64,000 nt of DNA from Eledone cirrhosa. Lineage: Eukaryota. The stretch lies in NCBI GenBank assembly GCA_964016885.1, contig OZ024742.1, positions 61,070,001 through 61,134,000 on the forward strand. Direction: 5' to 3'. Position 1 is the first letter of the stretch, and each line of letters begins with the position of its first letter. The position numbers and the translations under genes are program-made. This document shows positions 41,390 through 55,371 of this stretch, piece after piece. The notes under the pieces were generated by a model. That model did no database searches. It had not been told where the DNA came from and saw nothing but the letters and a program-made list of their open reading frames with translations.

Positions 41390-41428
41390 AATAAACCTTT
41401 CAAGGATTTACACCAGTCGATCCTCCTG

Positions 41429-41475
<47 letters not shown>

Positions 41476-41479
<4 letters not shown>

Positions 41480-42731
41480 GTTAAGGCATAAATAATTTCA
41501 GCTTTTTAAAAGCAATTTGTAACTACGCATTTCTAATTATACATCCGGAAATTACCTGATTAGGAATCTTCATCGGTCATTCTAATGCCATTAGTGATAG
41601 AGTGCCCATCATAATTTAATCTAATATTTCACGTCCCTAAAATGGAGGATCTGAAACTTCATATTCAACTTGTAAAGTTCTGTGACTTTAAGAATAACAA
41701 AAACGCTAGAGAAACAGCTGCAAAATTGTATTATTTTGTGGCCAAGGTGACAATACCGACCGCCAAGTCCGAAACTGGTTTTCAGAGTTTCGTTCTGGGG
41801 ATACGTCATTGAGAGATGAACCCAGACCAGGACACTCATCAGACCTCGATGATTAAGATGCATTGAGAGGATTGATGGAATGCAATCCGTGCAAAAGTTC
41901 GCTAGAATTAGCACTTGATCGCAACACATCTCAATCCACAATCTGCGGCCACTGGGAAAATATAGGAAAGGTGAGTAAGCGGTTTGTGTTGCTCATACTC
42001 TTAGTGAGTTAATAAGCAAGATTGCTTATGCATAGTGACAAGTCTTCTTTCAAGTCAGAGAAAAGAACTGTTTCTCAAGAATATCGTTACAGGTGAGGAA
42101 AAATAGGTCTTTATGACAATATTGAACGCTAAAGGCAGTGGATTGACAAGGGTAAATCTCCGCAGCCTACCTCAAAGGCGGAGCTTCGTGAAAGAAAGCT
42201 TATGCTGTGTGTATGGTGGGATCACCACGTTATTATTCATTTTGAGTTTTTAAACCGCAATCAGACACTCAATGCAAACTTATACTCTCAACAGCTGCAA
42301 TAAGTGCTTGAACATCTAATACAACGCCCCGCACTCGTCAACAGGAGAAACGTTGTGCTTCTCTATGATAACTCAAATTTACTGAATTCAGCAAGAACAA
42401 CGCAGGAAAAGACATTGGATTTAGGCTGGTCAGTTCTACTCCATCTATCATATTCACAAGACTCTGCAACAAGTCATTTCCATGTTTTTTCTTCTCTACA
42501 AAATGCTCTGAATGGCAACACATTTTCTCAAGAAGATCAGCTGAAAACGTGTGTGGAAAACTTCCTGAACTCGAATACAGCTGAATTGCACTTGACAGGA
42601 ATCAGCAAGCTAACAGATAAATGGCAAGAGATGATTCAAAATAATGGCGAATATACTAATGATTGAAATTAATTCATTGTTAAATTATTCCTAATTATTT
42701 TACTAAAACAGAAATTATTTATGACTCAACC

Positions 42732-42733
<2 letters not shown>
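41476..42733 (+). mobile_element. Full-length defective mariner (Tc1/mariner, DD34D type) DNA transposon
   Basis: TIRs GGGTTAAGGCATAAATAATTTCAG / CAGAAATTATTTATGACTCAACCC in TA context, ~1.26 kb. Motifs IVTGEEK (DEKW), KLMLCVWWD, LLYDNS, YSQDSATSHFHVF (cf. YSPDLAPSDY), with stops and frameshifts. Confidence 0.95.
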
Positions 42734-42785
<52 letters not shown>

Positions 42786-42787
<2 letters not shown>

Positions 42788-43052
42788 TCTGTCTTAAGCC
42801 AGAAGGTTCATTTGGCCGGTGCTTATCCCGATGTCATGGTGTGAAGCAACTGAGAGTCCACGATTCACCACTGGAGAGGACGCCAGTCCATCGCAGCTTT
42901 AAACCCCCAGGTATTGCTAGTACTCATTTTCAGCTGAGTATACTGGAGTAATGTGAAATGAAGTATTTTGTTCAAGAACACAACATGCATCCCATGAATC
43001 GAACCCACTACATTATGATCGTAAGTCCCACACACTTACCACTAGGCCACGT
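42786..43052 (-). mobile_element. tRNA-derived SINE, family B (CORE-like then V-like body)
   Basis: Reverse complement: GTGGCCTAGTGGTAAG (A box), GGTTCGATTC (B box), GTGTTCTTGAACAAAATACTT, CTGCGATGGACTGGCGTCCTCTCCAG. Confidence 0.85.
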
Positions 43053-43094
43053 GTCTCTACACCCACCCACCCACACACGTGTGTGTGTGTGTGC

Positions 43095-43542
43095 GTAAAG
43101 GGTAAACAGAAATAACAACATAATCGGTACAGTATGTGGAAGGAATATATTAGTTTAACGTTTGAAATACCAGGTAGAGGGTCTTAACTTTTCAGGCGAC
43201 AGTCCTTCATCAGAAGAAAGAATTGGATTGAAGGGACGGATAGGGCGGAATCGGAAAAAAATGATTTTAGTGAAAAATAACATGTCCATTCATGTTGCCA
43301 TCTCTTGAAAAACTGTTGATGCTGGCGTTTTGAGTATGCTATACTTGTTTAGAAAAATGAATGACGGAGTGCGTCTGTCTGAAATGGAGAAAAACCGTTT
43401 TGTATATAGAGCTATACGTTTGCGCCTGCATATGCGTGTGTGTGGGTGACGAAGCTAAGAGGATATGTTTGTGTATAAGTAAGTAAAAGAGTGTGTGTGT
43501 TTGTAAGTACGAAGCAGTGAGCAAAAGTATGTTAATGTGAGG

Positions 43543-43608
<66 letters not shown>

Positions 43609-44022
43609 AGAACTGTAAAGGGAAACGTAGAGGTGAGTGTACGTATTTAGTTGGTCTGTATCAGCTGTAAGAGTATGTTTCTGGCCATAAGAGAGCCATA
43701 GGAGTTTATGGGTGAATAAAGTACAAGCGCGTGTGTGATAAGGGACGGAGTAAACGTGACGGGGCAAAGTTACAAAATTAAACACGAACGTATATGTGTA
43801 ATGTTAAAGAAATTTGGGAGGGGAGTTGAGTCCATGAGGGAAACAGGATCCAAGGCGGAAAATCTGATTCTGTTGAGGCCTGTTGAGACCTTGAAGGACA
43901 ACAAGGACTGAGATATGTAGGGAAGAGTGACCTGGGGATCGAAAATGACCGGCGACCGGAGTCTCCATACCGAGTCGTATTCACTCAAATGTTGAAATGT
44001 TCAGCAAAATAGTCGGCCAACG
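43095..44022 (-). mobile_element. Neptune-like PLE 3' end (GIY-YIG C-terminus, UTR, hammerhead at 43182-43217)
   Basis: LADYFAEH...PVAGHFRSPGHS..ISV...IFRLGSCFPHGLN. Hammerhead CTGATGA-AGG-ACTGTCG-CCT-GAAAAGTTA. Confidence 0.82.
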
Positions 44023-44879
44023 GTGCGCGCGCGCGTGTGTGTGTGGCTGTGTGTGTGTGTGTGCATGTGTGTTTATATATCTGTATACATATTTATGAAT
44101 ATATGTATTTATGTATGTATATATTCATATATATGTGAGTGTGTATGCATTCATATTAATATAATATCTTTCACGAATTTTGTACGTAACAGAATTTTTG
44201 AATTGTTCTACAATTGTATGTTGAGATCATTGGATCAGACAATATATACATATACATACTTATAAACTGAAGCCTAACACTAATAGCGTGATTCGTATTA
44301 GAAGTGTACATTTCTATAAAACTAGCTTATAGTTGTTTTAAGTTGCCACCATGTCTACATCAGTGGGCGTGTGAGAACTCCAAGCACTTGTATTTCAAGA
44401 ATTTTCTGGATGTGTATTCATGACTCTTTCTCACTCGACATTGAAACGAGAATAAGCTATACTGTGTTAACATGCTAAGGCAAGTGCCAATTAATCTGAC
44501 TACAAAACGTTTCACATGTATATGGAAATCTGAAGCAGGTGCTTTATGCACAAAGTTTGTGTAAACACTAGCATTATCTGTCAAAGCCACGAGTGACTAC
44601 GTCTCATAGATTATGGATACAATAATGAAAAAAATATTGAAAGAATAGTGTTTGACATATCTCACAGGGTTAGTGGAGAAGATGTGATAAGATTAGGGTT
44701 TAAAACAGTGAGATATATGTATGTTTATTTATGTTTACTAAGTGTAAACATATGTTATATGCCTTCATATAAAACTCCATTAATATATATGCAAATACAT
44801 ACATATATACATATATATGTGTGTGTGTGTGTGTGTTTATATAATCAATGAAAAATGAGTTAGTTAGATCTGTAATCAA

Positions 44880-47800
44880 CTGACTCTTCTATATAACAGA
44901 TGCCAAGCACTTAACGGTATATATAAACAAAAGAAAAAATCTCGACCTGATTTTTAAATCCAGGAAAAACCCACCATACAACAAACTTTTAGCGGAATTT
45001 GAGAATGAACTAATTAATATGATACAGGGCATTAAATGTAAGAAAAACCCATATTGAGGACAAGAGTATCTCAAAAACCTTAGAATCAAAATTGATGATC
45101 TCAGTAAAACCAAAAGAATTCTGGTTAAATTTGATAAAACCAATAACCTTTATGGTCTTAATAAAGATGATTATAACAAGTTAATAACAAGGGAACTTAG
45201 GAAAACCTACCGCAACAATACTTATGAGAACCTTGAAACTATTAATAAAGTTGCTTTCGAAATTGTTTCTAAACTTGGGATTGAACGCGGGACTGAACCT
45301 TTCATACCTGTAACACCGAAGTAAATACGAAACATCATAAGGACAATTTTGACTCTGCCCTACCTGTAAGACTTATAGGGTCAACTAAATCTGACTTAGG
45401 TATTATTAGTAAAAGCATCTCCGACAGAATGATATCAGTTCTAAAGTTTCGATCACAACTAAAAGTATGGAATGATACCAATGAGGTTATCGACTGGTTC
45501 ACTGAACTTCAAAGTAAAAGCAAGACCAAATTTATTCAATTTATTCAATATAACCAATTACTATTCTTCTATTTCTCAAACATTACTTAACAAAGCCTTA
45601 CGCAACATACAGATCTTTCGAGTGATGAAATTAATATTATCCTTACTGCAAGAAAGACTATAATTGAATTCCAATGGGATATATGGACTAGAGTTGACAG
45701 ACCTGGAAATTTCAATATTACTATGGGATCTACAGACTCGACTCAGGTAATTGGCCTCGCTGGAATTTATATCCCTAACCTAATTCACAGAAGATTACAT
45801 GAGATTAGCGGAGGTGTATATCGTGATGATGCTCTTTCTGTAGTAATTAACCATAATAATAACGCCCTTAATAGAAAAAAGAATATCATAACTGACTTGT
45901 TTAACAATTATGGAAATTGAAAATAATAATAGAATAGTTAATTTCCCAGATATAACATTAAACCTTAATTCTGGCCTTTACTACCCGTTCCATAAATCAA
46001 ATGAAAACCTTAATTATGTTAGCTTCCATTCAAACCACCCTAGTAATGTTAAAAGGGCTATAGTTAATAGTGTTTCTGCAAAGAATCTCTAAACTCTCAG
46101 CCAATAAGGAAATGTTTGACAATAAGGCCAAATACTATAATGATGCGTTAAATAGAACATGTTACCCTGATAAAATTGAATATATAGATAAAAATGTCTA
46201 TGCACCTCCCCACCTCCCTCCGTATATAAATCAACACTCATTTAATATCAATACTAATGCACACGTACATCTCACAACAATTTTAATAATGCTAATATTC
46301 CTTACATAAGCCACAGAATTAGGCCAAATTAGTCATATCATCGATATAACTCCTATAGGAAACAAGAAGAAGGCACGCGACACTAAAAAGATATGTCCGG
46401 AAAAGAATCCTTGTTGGCCTTCCCGAAGGCACTGACAGACGGCCTGACCTGACATTTGAGACCTGTAATAGGGTTTGTCTGAGCATGGCAGGTCTAAAGA
46501 GTCACCAGAGAGTGCACAAGAACAGGGAAGCAGGCACCTGTGGAGCTATAAGTGTTCATCAGATGACGACATGTGATGTTTTTGGAACGGTATGCAGGTC
46601 GAGTAGTGATCTCACACGACACCTTGGGTCACATGGTGCCATAGGCCCAGCACTAGGTGTCAATAATTGTCACAAGTGTAGTGTTTGTACCAGAGTGTTC
46701 AAGTCGTTGGCTGGACTAAAAAGCCACACTCGTTCAGCGCATCGGTAAGGGTTCTCCTACATGGATATAAAGTAGTGGCCGTACTCGAAAACGAGTTGGC
46801 AGCCACTATGTATGTGTGTGTGTGTGTATGTATGTATTGTATTGTATGTATGTATGTATGTATTGTGTGTATGTATTGTTGTATGTATGTATGTATTGTA
46901 TGTGTGTTTGTATGTATGCAAGTGTGTGTGTGTGTGTATGTATTGTATGTATGTATGTGTGTGTGTGTATGTATGTATGTATGTATTGTATGTGTGTTTG
47001 TATGTATGCATGTATTGTATGTATGTGTGTGTGTATGTATGTATGTATGTATGTATGTATGTATGTATGTATGTATGTATGTACTATGTACGTGTGTATG
47101 TATGTATGTATGTATTGTATGTATGTATGTTATATAAAATAAGTTTTATAAAATAAGTATGTATGTATGTTTTATAAAAGAATAAGTTTTATAAAAGAAT
47201 TCTCGTTCTATTTTATGGTATTATCCACCACTATTACTTGGAATCTAGATAAACGTAGCTCAACATTTCTTCAATACTCTTGGTAATTGCTTCCCAAAAA
47301 AGCATAAATATAGAATGTTTAATAGACATATTATTAAACTCTCATACTCAACCAGTATGCATATTACCCAAAATATAACTAAAATTAATAATAAAAATCT
47401 CGGAACTATTCATAGGGCATTAACCGCTAATAATAATCAGAGAATCACTAATAGAATGAATAACTTCTCAGTTAACAACAATTATACCAATAACATAGAC
47501 GATGAAAACCTTATGAACTACGAAAACAGAGTGGCATCATTAGATAGCAGCGTAGGTAATTGCAATTGTAGAAATAGTTATTCTTGCCCATTAAGTAATA
47601 ACTGTCTTGACCGTAATTTTGTTAAAACAGAAGATAAGTCTTATAATTATATTGGTGTCACTTCTTTTAAATTTAAAGAAAGGTGGTTTAATCACCGCTA
47701 CACGTTCAAAAGAGAAGACAAAAGATTTAGTACTGCTTTATCTGAATCAATTTGATCGCTTAAAATAATAATATAGAATATTCTCTTTCTTGGCACAAAC

Positions 47801-48965
47801 TTTCTAATGCTTTACATTATAAAAGTGTTTCCATTTATAAGAGTTGTAACCTATGTACCACTGAAATTATTTATATTCTTAATAATAGAAAACTAATTAT
47901 TAATAAATCTTCCGATTCTCGAAAACGTTTAAAATTTGTTTACTTAAGCTTTAAAATAGATAACATAATAGTGAATATTCCTTTATATATAGTTTTTAAT
48001 TCTTGCCTCCACCTATTCTCGAATACGTTTAGAATTTTTAGTTAAGCTTTATATATAAAACAAATAATAAGATAGATATTACTCCTTTATATATAATTTT
48101 TAAGTGATTTTGTTAACTTTATTTTAAAATTCTAGATTATAGACTAAATAAGTTAACTAAATTGTCTCCGTTATAACGTTCCTCCGTTACATTTGTTCAT
48201 CTACATTAAATTTACGTTGTATCTAAATAAATTAAATTTAATATAAATTGATAAATTTGGCTATAATGCATACATCTTTTCGTTCCAAATTAAAGTATTA
48301 ATAGTACATAGTATTAATAGTCTCTCCTATTCATATATTAACTACTTAAATAAGATTGTTGAATTGATAAATTTGATATCGGTAATCTTTTCCCTTCTTT
48401 TGAAATAAAAGAAATGTACCTCGTAGCATTACAACCTACTCAGTTATATATATAAACATCCATATCAATTATTAAATACTTTTATAGTCATATAATTTCA
48501 AAATCAAATTGTACATAAACCAAGATAATTTACCTACACATTTTGTAATCCAAATTATTTCCCCCTTATAATTATATTTTTATAATACTACTTTCGTTTC
48601 CTAGAATAATTTGTTCATTCTTTCCTTTGATATATATATATATTTTTGATTTAATACCTATTTTCATTGATTATAACCAATATATAGATTGAATAACGGT
48701 CAATTTTGTTTTGTTTTTGACCAATCTATTTACGCTATATTTTAAAATAATTTATTACACGTTTAAACCAACTGTATCTATCCACCCACTCACGTAACCT
48801 CTTATGTGTTTAGTTGTTTTCTAGTGATATGCTTGGAGGTCACCAATCTGTCCAGCTCGTTTCCCTACCAGCATATGAAAAATTATACAACTCATATGTA
48901 TTTTGTCTGAAGAGGACATCTTCTGGTTTATGTTATACATAAAACTTTGCCTCTTCGAAACATAT
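44880..48965 (+). mobile_element. Naiad-type PLE, degraded, interrupted by an RTE fragment
   Basis: VKFDKTNNLY, KSDLGIISK, FNITMGSTDS, GGVYRDDAL, SNHP, IIKLSYS, CNCRNSYSCPLSNNCL, YIGVTSFKFKERWFNH, CNLC. Truncated hammerhead CTGAAGA...CGAAAC at 48907-48961. Confidence 0.9.
46346..47130 (+). mobile_element. RTE-clade 3' fragment with three C2H2-type fingers and degenerate (TATG)n tail, nested in the PLE
   Basis: CNRVCLSMAGLKSHQRVH, CDVFGTVCRSSSDLTRHLGSH, CSVCTRVFKSLAGLKSHTRSAH*. Short 3'UTR, then a TATG-rich tract 46808-47130. Confidence 0.75.
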
Positions 48966-49030
48966 TATTATTATTATTGTTGTTGTTGTTGTTGTTTTTG
49001 TTGTTGTTGTTGTTATTCATATTATATATA

Positions 49031-49221
49031 GGGCGGTGGATTGGCAGTATCGGTAGAGGGTCGGACGCCATGATTTGACGCATTGAGCTACGGCCCTTGC
49101 CATTCTGAGTTCAAATCCCGCCGAGGTTAAATTTGCCTTTCAACCTTTCGGGGTCGATAAAATAAAAGTAACAGTAATACACTGGGTAATTGCTGGCATT
49201 GTGCCAAGAGTAGAAACAATT
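49031..49221 (+). mobile_element. SINE family A, full-length
   Basis: GGCGGTGGATTGGCAGTATCGGTAG (A box), GAGTTCAAATCC (B box), core TTTGCCTTTCAACCTTTCGGGGTCGATAAAATAAA. Confidence 0.92.
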
Positions 49222-49599
49222 AATATTATATATCAATAGAGACCGCGATATATGACTGTTTACGTGGAGTGTATTTATATTAAGTAAAAGAAAAAGAAAT
49301 CCCTCGTGTAAAATTATATATGTGCGTGTGCCCGTTTCCGGTAGTGTGAAGGTAGTTGATGTGCGAGAGATTTCACATTTTTTGTACGTTTGATTAGGTG
49401 AGTGTGCGTGCATATAGTTTTGTGTATACCTGTCACTAATGATCAGTTGTACGGGAACAGGTGTAAGATGTTTCGAGAAACTACATGGGTATGTTTGTGG
49501 TGTAAATGCGTAAACAAACACACACACACTCATGCGTGCTTTTATATATATATATATGCGTTGTATATATGTTGTATATATATATATATATATAAACGT

Positions 49600-49649
<50 letters not shown>

Positions 49650-49671
49650 AACGTTGTATATATATATAAGT

Positions 49672-49705
<34 letters not shown>

Positions 49706-49786
49706 AGTTGTATATATGTTGTAAATATATATATATATATATTTATTTATTTAGATATATATATATATATAACATATATATATATA

Positions 49787-49869
<83 letters not shown>

Positions 49870-50011
49870 TTATATATATATATATATATAAGTTATATAT
49901 ATTTATATATGTGTGTGTGAGTTGTATATATGTTGTATATATATATATAAGTTATATAAAAGTTATAAGTTATATAAAAGTTATAAGTTATATATAAGTT
50001 ATATATATATA

Positions 50012-50671
50012 ATAACTAGAGGTTGATTAACATATAAATATACATGAATAATCACATATGGCGCATGCATTATGACATGACACCCATGATTTCGATTTAG
50101 ATTACATTCATTTAATTCATTTTATCGTAATTTTGGATTTAGATATATATATACGGCTCCTTAATTGTTGAGCTATTTCTGTTGAAGAGTATTTGACTGC
50201 TATTTCTAGTTGTCGAATACCTATTCACGCCATTGAAACGAAACCGCTATCTTGTGTGGACGCAACAGGTGGTGACGGCTAGTTGAAGATTTGAACTCAC
50301 TCTGTAAGGACAAATAGCTGGAAATTATTACACTTTCCTTGTTGACAATCCAATAATATCCACTATCCGTGACTTACCATCTGATTAATTGGTGAAATAT
50401 ATTTCTTTAATGGGATATATACAAGGAAAGGTTAATCACTCTTAAAGGTAAATATTACCTATACTAGCTATGCGTGGTTACACCCGAGTAAAAATTATCT
50501 CCTGTGATTATTCATGTATATTTATATGTTAATCAACCTCTAGTTATTATAATATGCTCAGATTTATCTTTGAGCTTAAATTCTCAGGATATATGGCGCA
50601 TGCATTATGAGATGACACCCATGATTTCGATTTAGATTAAATTCATTTAATTCATTTTATCGTAATTTTGG

Positions 50672-50675
<4 letters not shown>
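50012..50675 (+). mobile_element. Fold-back element related to 22344-23712 (just over one unit)
   Basis: 50012-50055 is inverted at ~50503-50546. ATATGGCGCATGCATTATGA repeats at ~50056 and ~50591. Flanked by TA tracts. Confidence 0.85.
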
Positions 50676-50707
<32 letters not shown>

Positions 50708-50709
50708 GT

Positions 50710-50762
<53 letters not shown>

Positions 50763-50769
50763 ATATAGT

Positions 50770-53333
50770 GAAAGAATGAAGAGTAACATGGTTGGCTGTA
50801 CAATAAGAGGCTTATTTCAAACAGTGACAATTTTTTCGTTGATCAGGTGAGTCTAGAGGTCGCTAACCGCTTGAACTTGCGTCACTCTATCTCCAATATA
50901 TTATTTACTTCTGGTCAACACATCAGATTACGTAGATATAAAAATAATTCACGCGAGGCAAGACATATATAGAATAATAGCAACATCAATAATAAAACAT
51001 ATATGGTAAATAGGTAGAGAAGTTACAGATGTAAAAAGTAAAAAGTAAAAGATAAGATAGGATAGATTAAAAAAGTAAGAAAATGAGAAAATGGAAAATA
51101 TAAAGATATAAATAAGGATACGTGAGAGCATGTAAGTACAGAGTATGTTTGTAGTAATGGTGAGTAAGTGTTCTTATAAGGATTCTTTGGTGGGTTTAGT
51201 GCTGACATGGAAACCAGATTCAAGATATACATAGATACGTGTAGAGGATCTGATGTAGTGACAGATGAAAGAAAAAAGAAAAAGCAATAAATTAGAGATT
51301 AATTGGGGGATACATCTAAGAGATTTACTGGCTTGTGGTGAAGGGACGTTTGACAAACGTTTGCTGTAAATGTTTTGCTGATTGTTCTATATTAATGGGG
51401 CTGATGCTGTTTCAGGAAGAGAGGGTGAAAGAGATGTTCAGAGATTTATGATCCAGTGACCAGTTGGCCGCTTGACAGCTAATATCAGTGCGATGGTGTG
51501 TATTCTATATGCTAAAATATAGGTGGTTCAGTTCTAATTATGGGATTGCTGGTTCAAATCATGGTGGTTTGAAATTTGTGAATCTGGTAGCTATTTTATC
51601 CCTACAGAAAATTGATCTTTCTATTTTGCTGTTAAGCAGCATCCCATCGTACCTTAAAATATGGAGTAGTTCTAAATTACAAATTCCGCAGTGAGACATT
51701 CCGTTGCTGTAGGCTCTTGCTACAGATAATTTTGACCAGCTAATCTTATATTCTAGGTTTTTGTTTTTAAGCTGCCACATTTTATTGGCGAGCCTCGTAG
51801 AGTTCTCCAGTCTACGGTTCTTCGTGGAGTGCCTGTGGATGTACCACCTTTTCTTTAACTTCCCAGCCGTGGAACCTATGTAGTGACAAGTAGAGTTGCC
51901 TGAATCTACAGTACACATGTATACCATACGCGAATCCAGGCATCTATTCTGTAGTGGGCACTTATCTGGTAGGTGGCAATTATAATTTGAGGTTTTTCTC
52001 TGAGCAGGTTCACCATTGCGGTTTTGTAAGTTGTTGTGGGTGGCTTGTGATTTAGGCCTATTAGTGTTTGTTGTGATGCGTTCTTATGCGGTTGTGGTTG
52101 TGATGTTTTTTATGTGTTTGCGTTTTGATTTGGTGTTATGGTATATATTGGTAGGTTAATTTCTTTAGAAATATTTTTGTGGTTGATTTTACGTATGTGT
52201 GATTCTATGCTGGCTGCAGTAGAGTAGGATAGTTTTATAGTTTTTCTATTAAAGATTCTACGGTATTTGTGTAGTGTAGAGGAGTACTTATCTATTAGTT
52301 TAAAGAATGTAGAAGGTAGTTTAGGTTTTATAGAGGAGTTGAATATTGAATTGAACCATAAGTACTTTCTATCTCTGGATCTTCTATAGTTTTGGGGGGT
52401 CCTTATATTAGTGTTCGGTTCAGTTATTTTTGGTGCTCGTTGTCTAATTATATGCTTAGTCTTATGCTTGTTATTTCTTTACGCGCGGGTAGTGTTGTTG
52501 TCGTTAGGTTTGTTGCCGTTGTCTCTATCTAGTATGTATTCCAGCTTCTCCTTATGGCCAGCCTTATGTAAAGCTATGTTATAATAGTTTGCGTGTACGT
52601 TAAACATTTCTAGGTTCGAAGATAGGCGGGATATTCTGAGGGATATACTATGTGCTATGGAGTTAATTATGGATCGGGGATGGTTTGAGTTATAACTAAT
52701 GTAGGCTAGATTCTCTTTATTCTTATGGAAGGGCTCTATTAATTATGTGTTTAGGTTGAGTGTTACATGTAAGAAATTTGCTTTTTGAGAGTTAACTTCG
52801 GCCTAGTTTGTTGAAGAATACTGTAATGTTTTTTCGTAATTTTTCCATGTTTTGATTATTTAAGTTTTTGGCTAAAAGGAGTGTAGCATCTCTGTAAATT
52901 CCTCCTTGGAGGTAATTGAATTCCTTATGTAAGTTGTGCGCTATATATTTATTCCCACCAAGTCCGTTACCTGCGCTGAGTCATTATATCCCATTGTGAT
53001 ATCTGCTATTCTGTCTGTTTTTTCGTTCCCCGTAAATATTTTAAGATCTAATGATAATCCTTCTAGCAGCTAGTATTATTTTAATTTCGTCGGAGGTAAG
53101 GTCCGAATTTTTCTGGGCAAAGGTTAGCGCTTTACCCAGGGTGACTGGGGATATGGATGAGTAGTAGTCATTAATGTCGAACTGTACGAAGTTAGATGTT
53201 TCTCTACTGTATATTTTGCTTCGTTAGTGTTACCCCATAGCTTAATTACTAGTGTGTCCTTAATTTGTGCTATTACTCTATCTAGTATATACTTGTTATT
53301 TCTACCTATATCCGACTTAGATGGGCATATTAA

Positions 53334-53340
<7 letters not shown>
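50770..53340 (-). mobile_element. Naiad-type PLE, 5'-truncated at (TA)n, degraded
   Basis: IRLICPSKSDIG, GGIYRDA, SNHP, IKLSYS, NCHLPDKCPLQNRCL, YIGSTAGKLKKRWYIH, CGICNLE (ORF 51559..51927). Confidence 0.9.
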
Positions 53341-53402
<62 letters not shown>

Positions 53403-53644
53403 TTGCGACCGATAGAGAGTATTAGCAATTGGAAATACTAACGGATACATTGTTTCCTCGGTCCGATTCGACGAATGTCGATCGACTTGTATATATATAA
53501 GGACGATTTGTTAAGCCTTCGTTACGTTTATTGATTGGTGACGCACGTTTCGCTCTTGATCAGCTCAAGGATTGATCTGTATCGATGTGGCCCGACCTCT
53601 GGAATCAAAAGCTCGTCGAAGCTTCTTGGATATATATATATATA

Positions 53645-54650
53645 TTTATTAAAATAACAGATTAAAGTTTAAGCAAATAATTGCTGCTTTCACCCTTAAC
53701 GGGATCTTCTGAAACTAACAAAGTCAATCTGTAAACGCAGAACTGGATATTTCAAAAAACGTTGCAACCGGAGGAAGACAGGAAGACGATACTTTGGTTC
53801 GTGGGAACGTTCCCTGGCAAAGAACGGGAAAAAACGAATATAATACGTCATTAATAGGAGCGGTGAAAAACAATTACGCGCTAAGACATAACCACGTTTA
53901 TGGTATAAAAGAAGTCGTAGACTAATGTTCTCTTAGGTGGTTCATAGAGACGTTCTCTGGCAATGAACGGAAAAAACGAAGATAATACGTCATATATGGA
54001 GCGTGGAGAACAATTGCTCGCAAAGACAAAACCACGTAAATGGTATAGCTGAAGTCGTAGACTAAAATTCTAACTAGGAAACCGAATGAATCTCCGCTTC
54101 AGAGTTAAGAATAAAGTAAATAAAATACAATACAGAGGAAATAGAAATTAAATAAATACACACACGCATGCAAATACGTACATACACAAGCATACGAGAA
54201 AACACTTGCCATAGGTATACAAACCACGCACATATAAATATGTGTGTGTGTGTGTCCGTATATACAAATAAATAAATAATTAAATAAACGTATATAAATA
54301 AATAAATACGTATATAACAAGCGCACACACATACCTACATGTAAATACAAATATGTTCGGAGACGTAAGTCAACCAGAACATGAAGTACACATATACACA
54401 CACTCTACATACGTACGAACCTGCATACTCACACAGACGCAAAACTCCCGTATACATATAACCAAACCATATGTACCAGAATATATAAAAAATTATACGC
54501 CATAACATATACAATCAAATATACGTACGAGAAAGTATACGTACCATCACAAAACATACAGGTAATATATACTTATCTATGCAAATAAGTAATGGTATAA
54601 ACAAAACATATAAATATTTTAGTCTTCAAATTTATTATTATTACTATATA
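53645..54650. mobile_element. Non-coding element in (TA)n with internal ~142-bp tandem duplication; same termini as 212-355
   Basis: Duplicated unit at 53796-53925 and 53939-54065; shared end sequences. Confidence 0.7.
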
Positions 54651-55327
54651 TATATATATACTTACGCTAAACAAGCTGACTAAACCAACCGGGTTGCGTA
54701 TGCAATGCACCAATCATTAAATAATGATGCAATTCAATTTAAGCACTCAACATCATATTACTTCATCTAAATAAAAATGACGTAGTATATTTAGAATAAG
54801 GAAACTGTGAAGTCCTTTGTATATGTTAAAGAGTCCTTTATTGATGACTACGTGATTGTTCAATCATATAAGCAGTGACGTGATCTCATCAGACACTATC
54901 CTTATGTAATAAGATTACATTTCCGAGGCAATCCAAACCAAATATAAGAAGCATCAGTTCTCCTCCACATCCTTGCGCAGGCGCAGATGTGAAGGAAATT
55001 GACCATCTAACTACCAGCCAATTCAATGCTAGCATAGGTAAGCGTCTATCACATACCAAGCTCCTCCCACCCAAGCCCGTGAGAAGACATGGTAACAGAG
55101 TTAGATTCAGCCTAAAAGTTATAGTTTACTGCTAGCCCAGCGTCTGGCAGATCCCAGCAGGAATAAAATAGAATCCTATGGTCGGGTGTATGTATGTGTA
55201 TCTTATTCGTATGTATGTGTATGTGTATATCCCTGTATGTGTATGTGCGTATGTATATGCGTGTACGCACTCCTGTATGTATGTATATATGTGTATATGT
55301 ATGTATATATATATGTATATATGTGTT

Positions 55328-55367
<40 letters not shown>

Positions 55368-55371
<4 letters not shown>

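Larger units (their letters stand above)
38537..41434 (-). mobile_element. 2.9-kb fold-back element: ~1.03-kb inverted arms, ~680-bp spacer, ~150-bp extension, in (TA)n
   Basis: Arms 38689-39724 and 40404-41434 (mirrored ORFs in the track confirm the inversion). Hammerhead in each arm. No RT or transposase recognised. Confidence 0.92.

Noticed and set aside
46485-46748. Host C2H2 zinc-finger gene
   Set aside because: No TGEKP linkers, followed by a (TATG)n tail, has a second copy at 2828-3006, and sits inside a PLE.
49031-49120. tRNA gene
   Set aside because: A and B boxes are present but there is no cloverleaf, and the sequence continues into a multi-copy SINE body.
50805-50852. Hammerhead at the end of the 50.8-53.3 kb PLE (CTGATCA...GAAA, minus strand)
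   Set aside because: The core is mutated and no stem I or convincing stem II pairing could be found.
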